Part shown: positions 23,900 through 35,840 of the stretch, in pieces
Layout of the letters: every line of letters begins with the position of its first letter
Numbering within the stretch: the stretch's first letter is position 1
From: Lingula anatina
Lineage: Eukaryota; Animalia; Brachiopoda
Assembly (NCBI GenBank): GCA_051362555.1
Contig: CM120640.1
Coordinates: 41,766,788-41,830,787 of the forward strand
Reading direction: 5' to 3'
DNA: 64,000 bases
Notes under the pieces: model-generated
What the model was told of the DNA's origin: nothing
Seen by the model: the letters and a program-made list of their open reading frames with translations, nothing else
Databases searched by the model: none
Program-made: the position numbers and the translations under genes

Positions 23900-26450
23900 T
23901 AATCAAACCTATCGGGTATGCTGTGTCCAAATTGAGCGCTCAGTTCTAACAACTTAATGTCAAATTTATATCCGGAAGATACCAGTATCTGTTTGACCCT
24001 GAAGAACAATTGCTACCTACCACTAGCCGGTTGACAGTAAAAGCAGATATCAGGCCTATTCAAAACAGGATGGCTAGTGGCACGCAAAATTTTACCAAAC
24101 GACGTTTCCTTCAACATACCACAATTTGTACATAAACGATGGTTTCTTGAAGTTCCCATGGCACCTATAGCTTTGATTTAATAGCACAAATGTTTGTGTG
24201 CAGTTGGATTTATATCCCTAAGAACATCATATTTTATGTTCTACCAATGCTGATATTCATTTGCACAATGACATAGAAAATCCGGAAGCTATATCTTGAA
24301 AATTATCCTTCAATTCACATTTTTCGTAATGGTTTTATCGAAAACAAAACAATTGCACGCAGTTCTCAAGGTAATTATACATGCTATAAGTACACCAAAC
24401 AACTGTGTAACAAGTTCTCTGTTGTAATTTAGTCAATCTTATGTCTATGAAATATACCTTACTTTGGTGTTGTTCATATTACCCATGCCATAAAGGCAAT
24501 CCAGGGTCCCCAAAACAACACTTATGGCGATTTGTTTCAGGATTGCACCAACATAATATTGTATTCAGTCATTTTGAGAGCAATTACAATGCCAAAACAG
24601 GGAAAGCTATCATGTTTCTTTGTTCTTTGCAATATACCAATGGTGTTTTCCTGGAAAATTATAAGAAACTTGCATCAAAAGATGAGTTGGATAAGTATTT
24701 CGTTGATGGTAATGGACAAATAATCCTATCCCAGTTGACATCGTGAGAATGTCACGCCCTTTGGGGTGATTCAGTTAATAGTTCTCTCGGTGGATTTTGG
24801 GCATGTAACTAATGGCTATAATTGAAACTGATGCAAAAATTCAGCTCAGCAATTTGTAATAACTGTGAAGTGATGAACGCACGTAATTTCACTGATGCTG
24901 CTTCGTAATGCACTTTAGTTAGTGTAATAAGGTGATACAGAATGGCGTGAGAATAGCCTAACGCCGTCAGCATGACGTCAAGAAGTCATAAAGAAAAAAA
25001 AAGAAAATGTGTGACTTTTTAATGTAAAGGGAACTCTGATATGTCATTGGGTGCAATTAGATTTGTGACTCTTATATAGTTTTTATAAATTCAAATAAGC
25101 TTGTGTTAAAAGAGTTAGGTAAAACGTTTAGTATCGTGACCAGTAAAGATATTTTAAAGACTTTTTGCAGTGTAAAGAGTGCATAACAAACGATTATTCC
25201 GGCTGGGCGAGCAACACGCCAAAATACCATCAGTCGATTGTTCTTTGAGTGACATAACATAAGACACACATGCAAAACAGATTTTAAAAACTAATGAAGT
25301 TTTCATGCAAAACTGCAAATTTTGCAAGAGTTAGTCCTTATGAAAATATCTATAAATATCTAAAATAATCGTTATCCAGAAACAAATGTTCATCTGATGA
25401 GGGTATATAAACGGAAATGTGTTAGCCTACGTGTATTTTTACCGGCAGCTGACTCTGTGGCACAATGTTAGTTGAAGATATCTGCCAAACAAAATATCAA
25501 CATGAGTACCTACAACAAGTATGCCATCTGTGAAGCGATCTCAAACATGATCTGTTCAGCATGAATTAAGAAACAAAAGGCCAGAGATACTTATAACCAG
25601 ACTTATGGTAAACCACATCCTCTGTTACAAGCATGACTTAGAGCAATACTTGAAGTATGGATTTATGGAGAAAGACATAAAATGTTTACATTATCCTGTT
25701 CCTAAAACACAAATTATTTGACTATACAAACATTCTGTCATTCGGTTTAGCTTTGTGATAAAGCATCCGCAATATGCATAAGTGTGTTTCTGAAAGAAAT
25801 ACTTTGCCCACATGTATGTTTTGTAAAGATAAACGTGTAGTGAGGGAGTCTGCTCACGTATTAGTCATACCGTGGCATCAAATTAATGTGAAATATTCAT
25901 CATTATGTCAATGTATTAAATAATACATGTATATCATATACATTATTTTAAATATGCAACTGCGTTTAGTTCATTCTAGTATCTTCTTCTTTGTATCGGG
26001 ATGTTTATACGAGTAATTCTATGGTAGCTTTAAAGCTAATGGAAACCATTTCAAGGATACCGCGGATAAGTCGACGTTCTTTGATTTTATTCATTAAAGG
26101 GACAGCGATGTCAGAGATGTAATAATAAGGCCAGTAAAGCCGATCAGGTTTATGTAAAAACGACCTTATCTTGCCGGGAGCGATCATCTTCCATTATCAA
26201 CTGGAAGAAGGAACAGTCGTTCAACTAAATGCCACTGTGGGTCTAGTGCCACCACCATTTGGCGTAGATTAAATCTTAACTTTCCTGATTGGTTTTAAAT
26301 AGCAGCGGTTATGAGATCTTTTCCATTTGCCTGTGCGAAAAATCTTTGCGTTGAACCTATCAATGCGGATAAAAATCACTGCTGGGACCAGGGCAGTGGC
26401 ATATGGTTGCCAGAGATGTTAAGGGCATCTATGGCGCGGCACGTGCTTCC
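23900..26450 (-). mobile_element. Decayed near full-length Penelope-like element, RT followed by C-terminal GIY-YIG (Neptune-type)
   Basis: Minus-strand order: LHKPD (26157; cf. PKIHKP), RFTDGILVVGTH (25537-25502; cf. RFIDDIF..WTH), FLD (25382), PLVT (~24815), TPLVYCKEQRN (24646; cf. P.VAYRR..NL), CTNCG + YV.ET (24132-24103; GIY-YIG CxxC/YVGET), LDTAYPIGL (23930-23904; cf. L.T..P.GLN). Confidence 0.65.
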
Positions 26451-27089
26451 TGTGATCCCGTATGTGAATCCGTTGTAAAGTATAACTTTACAGACACCTA
26501 AATTAAATTTGTATTTTGTTACCTTTTTACACAATTGCACACATCTACCTGTATAAAGGGTAAATGTTTGCCAGAGCTTTTTGTTTTGGCCAAGCACACG
26601 AAACCCACGAATTCATTAAAACAGTCGTGTTGGTTACGAGAATCTGTATTAAACAATGTTTTTTTGAAACATCATTGTGTGATTGGGCAAATGAACGTGT
26701 CTTTGGATTGGAAAATTCCAGACATACATGACTTCATATTATTTTGATGACATATGTATTAAAAAGGGTAAAATTGCGGCCGATAGGCATCAAATATCAT
26801 ACAAGTGGTATATCAAATACAGCGATCATAAACTGTCTGGAATTATTCACGATTCAAGTCTCTTTTTAAATATTGAGGGTGCGTAACTATGCTTTATTAA
26901 TTGTAAATAAATGTAAAATAATTTATTTAAAAGAAATTTCGTTTAGCCTGCCATTAAAATCAATAAAGACATATCAATTTGTGTAGGCCCTAATGTTAGA
27001 AAATTGAAACCATATAAAACATGTATTTCTATGGATCGACACGCTTATGCTTATATTCTAAACAGATTCAAAAATTTTCGATAAAATAT

Positions 27090-27684
27090 TGTTCTGTTAA
27101 TATTATTCAACCAGTATATGGCACTGGGCAGCTTTCCGCTCGGTGTAAAAGTAGTGAAAGCTGATATTTCATTGACATACACTTTTGGTTGGGCATAATA
27201 AAAGTATAGTGGGCTTCTCATGACCTCGACATTCAGTCGTAGTAGGCGTAGCCACTAAATCACTTGTTCCTGTTGTATTTGCTAAATTTACTCCAGTATG
27301 TTCCCATTAATGAATCTCCTGGGGGTTCATGAGCGAGGTAGCAAGGCAGAAGCTCTAGAAAAAGAGTAGGCTGAATTTTTAATATTAGTCACCGGAACAG
27401 AGGCAGATCATGGATGACACTCAAAGCTGCTAATTTAATGTCCCCTTGAGCAGACGATGTCACGCAGAACTATTTAAGTGACTGATATTATTGAGAAGAA
27501 AATAACTGAAATGGCCGTCTTACCCAATGATGACACCATTATGGGCTGAGACTGTGGGCGTGAAGCGTAATTTGCTAAGTGGGAAGATTGCATTGCGTTC
27601 AATGCTGCAAATGGTGGATGCACATCATTGCAATTACATTTTTGCAGAATTTTTTACAAGTCAGCTATTGTCTGATAAAAATAT

Positions 27685-27781
<97 letters not shown>

Positions 27782-28280
27782 AGACTGAAAATAAATGATT
27801 ATTTGCTTGCTGTAATATGTTAAAGCGAAAAGAAACTTACGCAGGTTATGTAATTCTCAAGCGCCACAATGGAGGCCAAAGATCGTCGAAAGATCGATTA
27901 ACACACTTGAAGGTTTGACGTAACAAGATAAGCAAATATGATTTGAGAGTCCAAGAGTGTTCATACATGTTGTTAACGATATTTACCGACTCTTCACAAC
28001 AGTCAATGTTAAATGATCTTTTTTTTCATTGGCGATGATGCTGAAAGAAAAAATGCACACGCTGCGTGGAGATATACACGTGTATATATACACGTAGTTT
28101 ATAAAAGGTGCATCGAATTTCTTACTAGTAATGTCTAAACTGCTGTGTAAACTAAGATGGACACAGGTGTCGCTCTATATTTTTTCTATAAACCAGTTCC
28201 ATAACTAAATGGAGTTAAAAGACCCAGCAATCAAACGATAGTTCAGAGGGTTATTTAGGTAAATTGATTATACACTGGGT
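27090..28280 (+). mobile_element. Decayed LINE RT relic (CR1/L2-like), interrupted by a microsatellite
   Basis: LFNQYMALGSFP (27103; cf. LFN..L..G.FP), KYSGLLMTSTFS (27202; cf. NYR.ISLTS..S), GRSW, SPRVFIHVVNDI (~27948; cf. SP.LF..FIND), GDD (~28031), LNG..YLG (28205-28260). Confidence 0.5.
27689..27777. repeat. Compound microsatellite (CT)n-(GT)n
   Basis: (CT) run 27689-27732, then (GT) run 27737-27777. Confidence 0.97.
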
Positions 28281-29465
28281 CAATAGATAACCCCATCACA
28301 AAGTTCAGCATTGTACATGCTGCTCCTCGTCTTCTCCATTGGGAATATGGTCCGGTGCGGTCACATCAATTTCTATCAATTCAAAACGGATTCAACCCCC
28401 AAAGCGTCATTCAAATGTCTAAAGGTTTATCATCTCATGTCCCATTCAAACCTATGCTATCTTAAGAGAGAAGGACAAACGTCTCTTTGTCGAATCGATA
28501 GCTATGCCTTAAAAGTGTCGCAACTATATACATGTACACTTGTTTACCATGTTGAGTTTGGAATGGCTAAGATTTCCCACTGATATGTTTTGTCTTGTTT
28601 TCGTCATAAATCTCTATTGGTTTTTTTTTTCAAGTTAGCGTCATACTAATCGAATTCAATTTCCCATACGCAAACAGATACAGCAACGTGACCGATTACA
28701 GCGACATTGTTCAGAAGCTACACGTGCGAAACGGTTGCTCTAGGGTACCGTCTCCAGAGGGGTTGCGGCAATGTTCTGACATTAAACTGTACTAGTATTA
28801 CTGATTTGCGTGATGGGAAGGAATTGGGGTCAGTCGAGTCCTAACGTTTTGCTCAGGCGTTATTGGCATGATATCAGTTATAGTTTTTTTGATAATCTAT
28901 AAGAACGGTTAGAAATCAAAGACGACATTGATGACGCACTTAGAATTGGTCTAGGTGGACAATGTGCAGTCAAAATATAGTCTAAAACATTCTGGTACAA
29001 CACGCATGATGCTCGTTAAAATAAAAAGAAAAAAATCATTTTTTCACACTGTGAATATGTTCAAACAATTGTGCGAAACTATGAACTATTATATGGGAAC
29101 AAACAGTCAATATGCGAATGTATATCATGTTAATTACAGAACAAGCACTAGTACTTTCTATCGAACGTACAAAAACAAAAAAGTTGTTGTTATTGCTTGC
29201 ATTGATTATCTTACTCGCAGACAATTAGATTTCACCAGCGTGAAGATGGGATACAATTAATTCGACATTAATAATACGTGTGTGTGACTTTTTTCTTCAT
29301 TCGATTCTTGCCAATCAGGTGCTTACCCTTTGGTTGAACCCTTTCTTTAACCTGAGACATTAAACTTATATGAACAAACATAAAGAACGCCCAGATAATG
29401 AGATTGAATTGCATGGTGACCTGAGGTCACACTGAGAACCATATAGTGTTATCCAAGAGTTCATT

Positions 29466-29558
29466 GAAGTCACACGTGCTATCTCGGGCCTCCTGGATCT
29501 ATGACGTTTGACAGACAGAAGTCACACGTGCTTTCTCAGGCCTCCTCGATCTATGGCG
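29466..29558 (+). repeat. Two-copy ~41-bp direct repeat (period 52), each copy with a CACGTG E-box
   Basis: gaagtcacacgtgctatctcgggcctcctggatctatgacg vs gaagtcacacgtgctttctcaggcctcctcgatctatggcg. Confidence 0.9.
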
Positions 29559-30005
29559 AGGGCATCTTTCAAAATCCCCTTTAAACCACTTTGTTCATGT
29601 GAATTTGTTCATGGAATTTAACGGCAGAGTAACGGATGCTTTCATTTTCCTGCAAATAAAACACACGCATAACACTAACATAATATTGGCATTCTAAGGG
29701 TAAGAATATGATATAATGAGATGATATAATGAGTTTTTATTTTGAAAACTCGCGCTTTTCGTTTGAAATAGAATTAATTGGGCCTCGAGACACTTTGGCG
29801 GTCATATCTCATACTTGTCATCTGCGCAGTGATCCGACAAAACTGGGTGCTGATTGTTATTTAGTAAATATCGTATTAATATTTGCTCAATTCATCTTAA
29901 TTTTGGGATCCTTTTTGACAAATAGTGAAAATGTTTTAATTAGTCAAAAATATTAAATTGATGTCATCTTCGGAACTATGATAATTCTTAAATCATCTTC
30001 ATCAT

Positions 30006-30008
<3 letters not shown>

Positions 30009-30038
<30 letters not shown>
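30009..30038. repeat. (TAA)10 microsatellite
   Basis: Direct observation. Confidence 0.95.
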
Positions 30039-30040
<2 letters not shown>

Positions 30041-32599
30041 CAGATAACGTTGCGTTAATGCAAACCATGCCCATTCCCGCTATCCCTCTCGTTCCTGATC
30101 TTTTAAACATCTTTAAAGGATGGATGGTGGTATTTTTCTTTTATGCAATTCCTTTTTTTTTGCTCCTAGGATAAGTGACTCAGGACGTGGCTTCTGCAGG
30201 ACGCTTTAGTTTCAGAAAGCTTTTTATTACCGATCACAATAATTGGTTGCCTGGAACAGTGCCAGGGGCATATTAACAAATGTAACAGTTGCCTCGTTTC
30301 ACGTGGCTACCAGTCTTTATGCCGTCATTGCGTGTTAACCTTAAAGGCATTTAATGTTTTCGAGTTCTAAATCTTCATTTTTTCACCGTCACAACATTGA
30401 TTCACCAGATTCCATCTCCACAGCAAAGATGACTAAACATTAAATGTGGTATACCCAGGCGGGGAAGGGAAAGTATTGAAATTTGCAGGAAAATAGCTAT
30501 TTGTCATACAAAGATGTAATGCTCATTGAGCTGTTTCAACAATTTTAATGTTTTCCCCCTTTCTTACCCGCAATCACAATAGGTTTTTTTTTATAGTTTG
30601 CCACACAAAGGTCCCTACATCCTCAAACCAATAAGACGGTCCCAACTCTCGCAAAGAAACCCCTAATTGCAAAATCCAGCACTCATGATTTTTGGGCTAC
30701 CTATTTTCATTTTTGAGGTTTACAACGGGTACTTTATTAGTTTTAAATTTTATTTTGACTACTGTGGTATATTCGACGACATACATGTATCTGTGTTGTA
30801 GACGTTTTTTGGTAAAACTAACGGCATAGTTTCCATTTGAGATGGAGCCGGGATTGCCACGGCTAGGGAGATCAGTGAACGCATTAGAACTAAAACAAAG
30901 CTGGCATTTGAATTTTTATCACGTAATTCATAGGCGTAGGACTGTAGAATTTATATTTAATTGATTTCTCTGGTCATGCAATAGAGTGCTTATATCGTTA
31001 AAGAACAGCCCAAGAGTTCAATCATTTCTAGCTCTGGTGTGTTTTTATCATAGGACATTTTTAACCCTTGGGACGCACAATTCCCTTCGCAATTTGAATT
31101 GTTGCAGGAAGAGTTTTTCCGCCTTGCTAATGTAGAAATAGGGAAATATAGTGACATCAACTGTGTATTTTTAAAGCGTGAAGTAAAACGTTTGGTTGTC
31201 GATAATAACCCACTTAGTCTGAGGCCTTGATACACTGTATGTGTTATTTTAAGTCGTTCTTACGTCTTAAGCGAATTTTGAACCAAATTCAAAAACAGAA
31301 TTATTTTATCATAAGTGTATCTTGAATGCATATATTTTATAAAACATTATACTATTCAATACACATTTAACCGAATATTCCTTTTTTATGAACACAACTG
31401 TTGTTTTTAACCCTAGACATGGGTAGAATCTGCCATTCATTTACGTGTCAGTTATCAAAATGTCTTTACTCTTTTATAGAATATTACATGCCCGGTTCAC
31501 AACCAAATTTAATCTCCTTTCTTTCTATAAAGTATGTGAAGAAGAGATTTAAAAAGATCTTAAGGCGAGCAAAAATATCTCTGATTAGGTACTCAAATTG
31601 GTGTTCATATTCACAAAGCTGGTTTACTTTTTATAGCATTTTTATATGATATGCAGACGGTTGAAAAGCCCTAGCACAGTTTTGCGTCTAAAGAACATTC
31701 TTAAATGCTCTGGTGCTTGCAGAGAGCAAAGCTGTTATGTATTTGTTTGAAACATGTCATTTCTTGTCTATTCAAAACATTATTTCCAGTATACTCATTA
31801 CAGTATACAATCTTTATTTTGCCTGGATGGTAAAGGTCGACAGCAAAAGTATATCTATACTTATATAAAGAGAGAGAGAGGAACGTTTGGCTTCTGATAG
31901 TAATTCAATAGTTCAAGCCAGCCAATGTCATACGCCGTTAACACCATACATTTCTTACACACCTTTACATGAAATCTATAAAACCAAACGTAAAAAAATT
32001 AAAACTTTTCCAACAGGTGCTTTTGTCACTGACACGGTAATTACAGGTGTGATCAACGGGAAATGTCCCTGGGGGGTCACTGTTAAATGAGCACCTAAGG
32101 GATCCTGTCATAAATGAGAATCTAGAAGTGAGAAAAGTAATATGGATGTTGCCTCTGGGAATCGTGGGTCAATGTATATCCCTCGGAAATGATTTAATCT
32201 CGAAGGGAAATTATCCCGCCGACGTAGAATTCCTGACTATTCCGAAAAAAAGTGTTTTCATTGATCACATCCAAGAATGCATTTTCAAAATTTAAGATTA
32301 GGCTGAACTTCTTATCAAACTACTTGAAAGAAAATAAATGCTTTAAACGAAAACCAAAACAGGATTCTGTTTTCAATAGCAGTCTACACATCCATCATTT
32401 TATCATATACTAACTCATAACTTAATATATTCAATAAACAGTAATGGAATATAAATATATGACGTATACTACATACATACATAATATAAACGTAAGTATT
32501 TTAATACATAAAACAGCTTACTGTACAAACAAACGTATATTTGTATTTCTATTTATGCATTTATGAATTGACAATATCATTTTCACTAAACATATAGAA

Positions 32600-33000
32600 C
32601 ACAAACCAATCATCTATGTATCTTTCCCGGTTCTTTCATAAACATTTACGATAAATTTAAAACCGAAAGCTTTATGATTATCCATCAGCACTGTTACTAT
32701 ATCAGTTAATATGAGTTCGAAGTAGTGACTTTCTACTTTGGTGAGTAAACTACTGTGAGTTCATAACACGTGCACCTGATTAAATTCTTTGCAAGAGATT
32801 CAAAAAGGCGTGGATCGCTCGTAGGGTAGTTTCTACCACTAACAAAAACGAATTAAAACGAAAAAATAGATCAAAAGCCTCAATCAAAGCGGTGCTTCCC
32901 CCATACATAATAATATCACTTTTAATCTGACTGAAATATTTACAGAAGGCTGATTCCAAATTCAGGAAAGTCATGGAAAACATAAGATGTGACCGACCCC
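32600..33000 (-). mobile_element. Decayed RT fragment (LINE-like)
   Basis: FLNLESAF (32968; cf. FLDL.KAFD) ... YG ... SF..V..TL in ORF 32780..33061, then FELILTDI and RYIDD (32623-32609). Confidence 0.4.
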
Positions 33001-35239
33001 TAAGATGTAAATGTGAATGACTTTGTTGTTTGGGCAAAATAATGTAAACATGTTTTAGCATGGTTTAGAAAAAAAAACTGAAACGGCAATTTTGGCCCAC
33101 ATGTGTACATGTACAAAAGTCTCAGTTTTATGCTACTATTGCAATTAACAAGTCATGCGTGCGAACTAACATCAGCAAAAAATCGGATTTATGCTGAATA
33201 AAAGGCAAATTCACTGTTATATCTCATTTAATGCTTCACTTTCGGGCACTACGATACTTCGTAACATCTTCAAATTTAAACGCATTTTTGGTATTTCTTC
33301 TTTGCAGAGCAATATCAGCTCTCATCTGTTCAAAACACTCTACGGAAAGAAGCTTTCTGGGCAATCTTTTTTCCATTTTTGGTCGATTAAAACTTAATTC
33401 TTTTAGAATGTTCACCGTTACGTATATATTTTGATGTTTGTCTTTATTTACCCAGGTAATATTTTCAAGATTGGTTATATTTAAGTGAGATAACCAGACA
33501 TTGATTTGCTTCGATAACAGAAATAATTTGCTCCCACATTCTTTAGTAATTTTGACTAATAGTCCCCACCTATGATGACGATGATGATGATTCGCACATT
33601 GGTGAAACGAGGTATCCTATTTGGTGAGCACTTGGTAATTCAAATGTCAGACAAACGTCAATCGTGTATTTCCCACTATAATTGCCTTTTTACACTTAAA
33701 CCAAAGTAAAACACTAAATTCTTGGGTGATCATGTTGAGTTGTTGTTTTATAAATTACTGTTATATTCAACACGTGTACACAATAGAAGTTGCCTTTTAT
33801 ATGTAATGTTGGAACACGTTCCGTAACACATTACATCAAAAACCCCATTTCTCCCGATATTGGCGCTTTTTGATAACCTTCATCGCCACCGTCTGTGAGA
33901 TTAAATGATGGATGAGTCCGAACTTGGGTGAAGTACTGGATGAATATCTCACTTGATATTACTTCTTAAGCAGACGGAAATAAATAAATGATGAACTCGA
34001 GAGTTAGATAAAAAACACTGACTTGATTGATGGCATCGTTGCCTCAGTTTCTTACGAAATTGTTGAAGGTGTACCGAAACTGCATGTTCCAAAGAATCTG
34101 TTACATCTAAGCACCCTCCCCCCCCCCCCCCCCAGAAAACAGAAAAATGACCTTTCACTTTTTCCGTTTGAAATATTATTTTACTTCGTGAAATACCCGA
34201 ATCAAATCTTGGTAGTGTACTATATATATATAATGGGGTGTGTACACTACTGGAAGCAGATCCCTTTCTGTCGTGAAAGGCATATAAAAGAAATTAAAAA
34301 GAATATAATTCCATAAATCATCAATACTTAAAAATAGCGACAAGATCAATTCTTAAAAGTAACGACAAAAGCGGACAAGATAAAGGATATTAAAATGAAG
34401 AGGGGGCTCTCTAACTTTTTAACACACAAGACATCTCTTTAAGCCATAAGTAGAAACGTTTTACTTGGAAAACCTTGAGCACTTCTCGTCACTGACTTCT
34501 TTAAATAACACAAACTAGGAGAAAGATTAAATCGCCTTGTTTACCAACTAATCATTGAACAGCGTGGCCCGAAAAAAAAAAACAATTGACGTTAGAAAAT
34601 ATATCAATTAAATCCCAAAGGACCTAATTACGTCAATCCTGACATGCGCAGACGTTACGTGACCGCAGTTGCTCCTGGTAAACTGTCCTCTCTAGGCCAA
34701 ATTAGACATAGAAAGTAAATTATTTTAGAATAAAATGTGCTGTTTTTCACAAAATGTCAAAGCTAATGATAAATGTCATTAAAGATAAAGTTTATTCATT
34801 AAAATGACATCGATGTCAAAGGCCATGGCCAACGACTTAAATTATGAAATGCATATGGATTGTCTGTACTAAGACAGTGCAAAAAATGAGGTGTTTGGTC
34901 TTTATGTTCGGCTATATGGAAAACTTTATTTTGCTTGCCAATATCGACCCAGGATCTTTACGCCAAAGCACTTTCTGTGATTAAAGAAATATGAGACCAG
35001 TGTGCAATTTTTTCAGTTATACATGTATACTACATTGGTCATTATATTTCTTAAAGTAGGCCTACATATTTTGGCTTGTTGTTTAAAAGCACTCAGTCTT
35101 AAGCTTTAAAGCTAGAGAATCGTTGTCACAGAGACAACTGTTAGATGTCCATTTATACTTCTAATAGGCAATAGTTATGTGTATCCGAGGCTTAAGTATG
35201 GCTATAGATCGATTGCTTTTCATACAATGAATGCGACCG

Positions 35240-35840
35240 GCCATTATTCAAATCACCGGGGCCTTTCGAAGAATGGAGTTCACTGATTTCATGAAATCAA
35301 CCATATCAGAACTATTCCACGAAGGGATTTTGTTATAAGGAACGGAAACAAATCCCATCCATCCACTCACGAAATATAAGATGCAGCAAAGGTGCTCTAT
35401 AACAGTAATTCCGTTGGGTTTCTTAGAAATCATGGTCTACTATTTCTGTATCAATCAACCATCGTGGTTTCCGCGGCAGTAAGTCTACAAGAAGAAATGT
35501 TATTGTTATCACGGGACCCTAAGCAGGGCTCAAAACTATTCCTGTATTTAACCTTTCATATCTCCCTTACTTATATACTGTAATGGCTTGGGGAAGCACT
35601 GTTCATGTGTGAAATGAGAAGGGGTACGGTGTAGAGTCTACTTACCAATATTATTTCGAGATGAGCTTTAAAATACAATATACAAATCCACTTCAATTGA
35701 ATTGGACATGAAGGCAAAGGGAAAGGTCAGGCAGGGGCTATAATACAGACTTAAGTGTAGATGGCATGTTAAATGCTATACTGAGTTTTACTGTGCTGGC
35801 ACATCAGAAGCAAGAGAGCACGGATGTTGTTTTATTTGAA
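35240..35840 (+). mobile_element. Decayed CR1/L2-type LINE RT relic
   Basis: TGAF(P)EEW (35255), IRTIPRRD, FLRNHGLLFLYQS (35419; cf. FL..H.LL...QS), GFRGSKST (35466), LFLYL (cf. VFLDL), YGV, VRQG (~35725). Confidence 0.55.

Noticed and set aside
24441-24746. 101-aa + strand ORF with protein-like composition
   Set aside because: Better explained as the antisense of the decayed Penelope ORF on the minus strand.
25394-25425. Hammerhead-like CTGATGA-gggtatataaacg-GAAA-tgtgtt
   Set aside because: Stems I and II do not pair, and it lies antisense within the PLE RT coding relic.
25640-25700. QYLKYGF peptide resembling a hAT/ZBED N-terminus
   Set aside because: No following CxxC or BED finger, and the region is already explained by the minus-strand RT relic.
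27527-27782. ORFs with SL/CV dipeptide runs (also 14034 poly-K, 42724 CV and 58760 YI)
   Set aside because: These runs are translations of microsatellites and homopolymers.
29466-29558. Direct repeat considered as CRISPR-like
   Set aside because: Only two diverged copies with an 11-nt gap, no cas genes, eukaryotic context.
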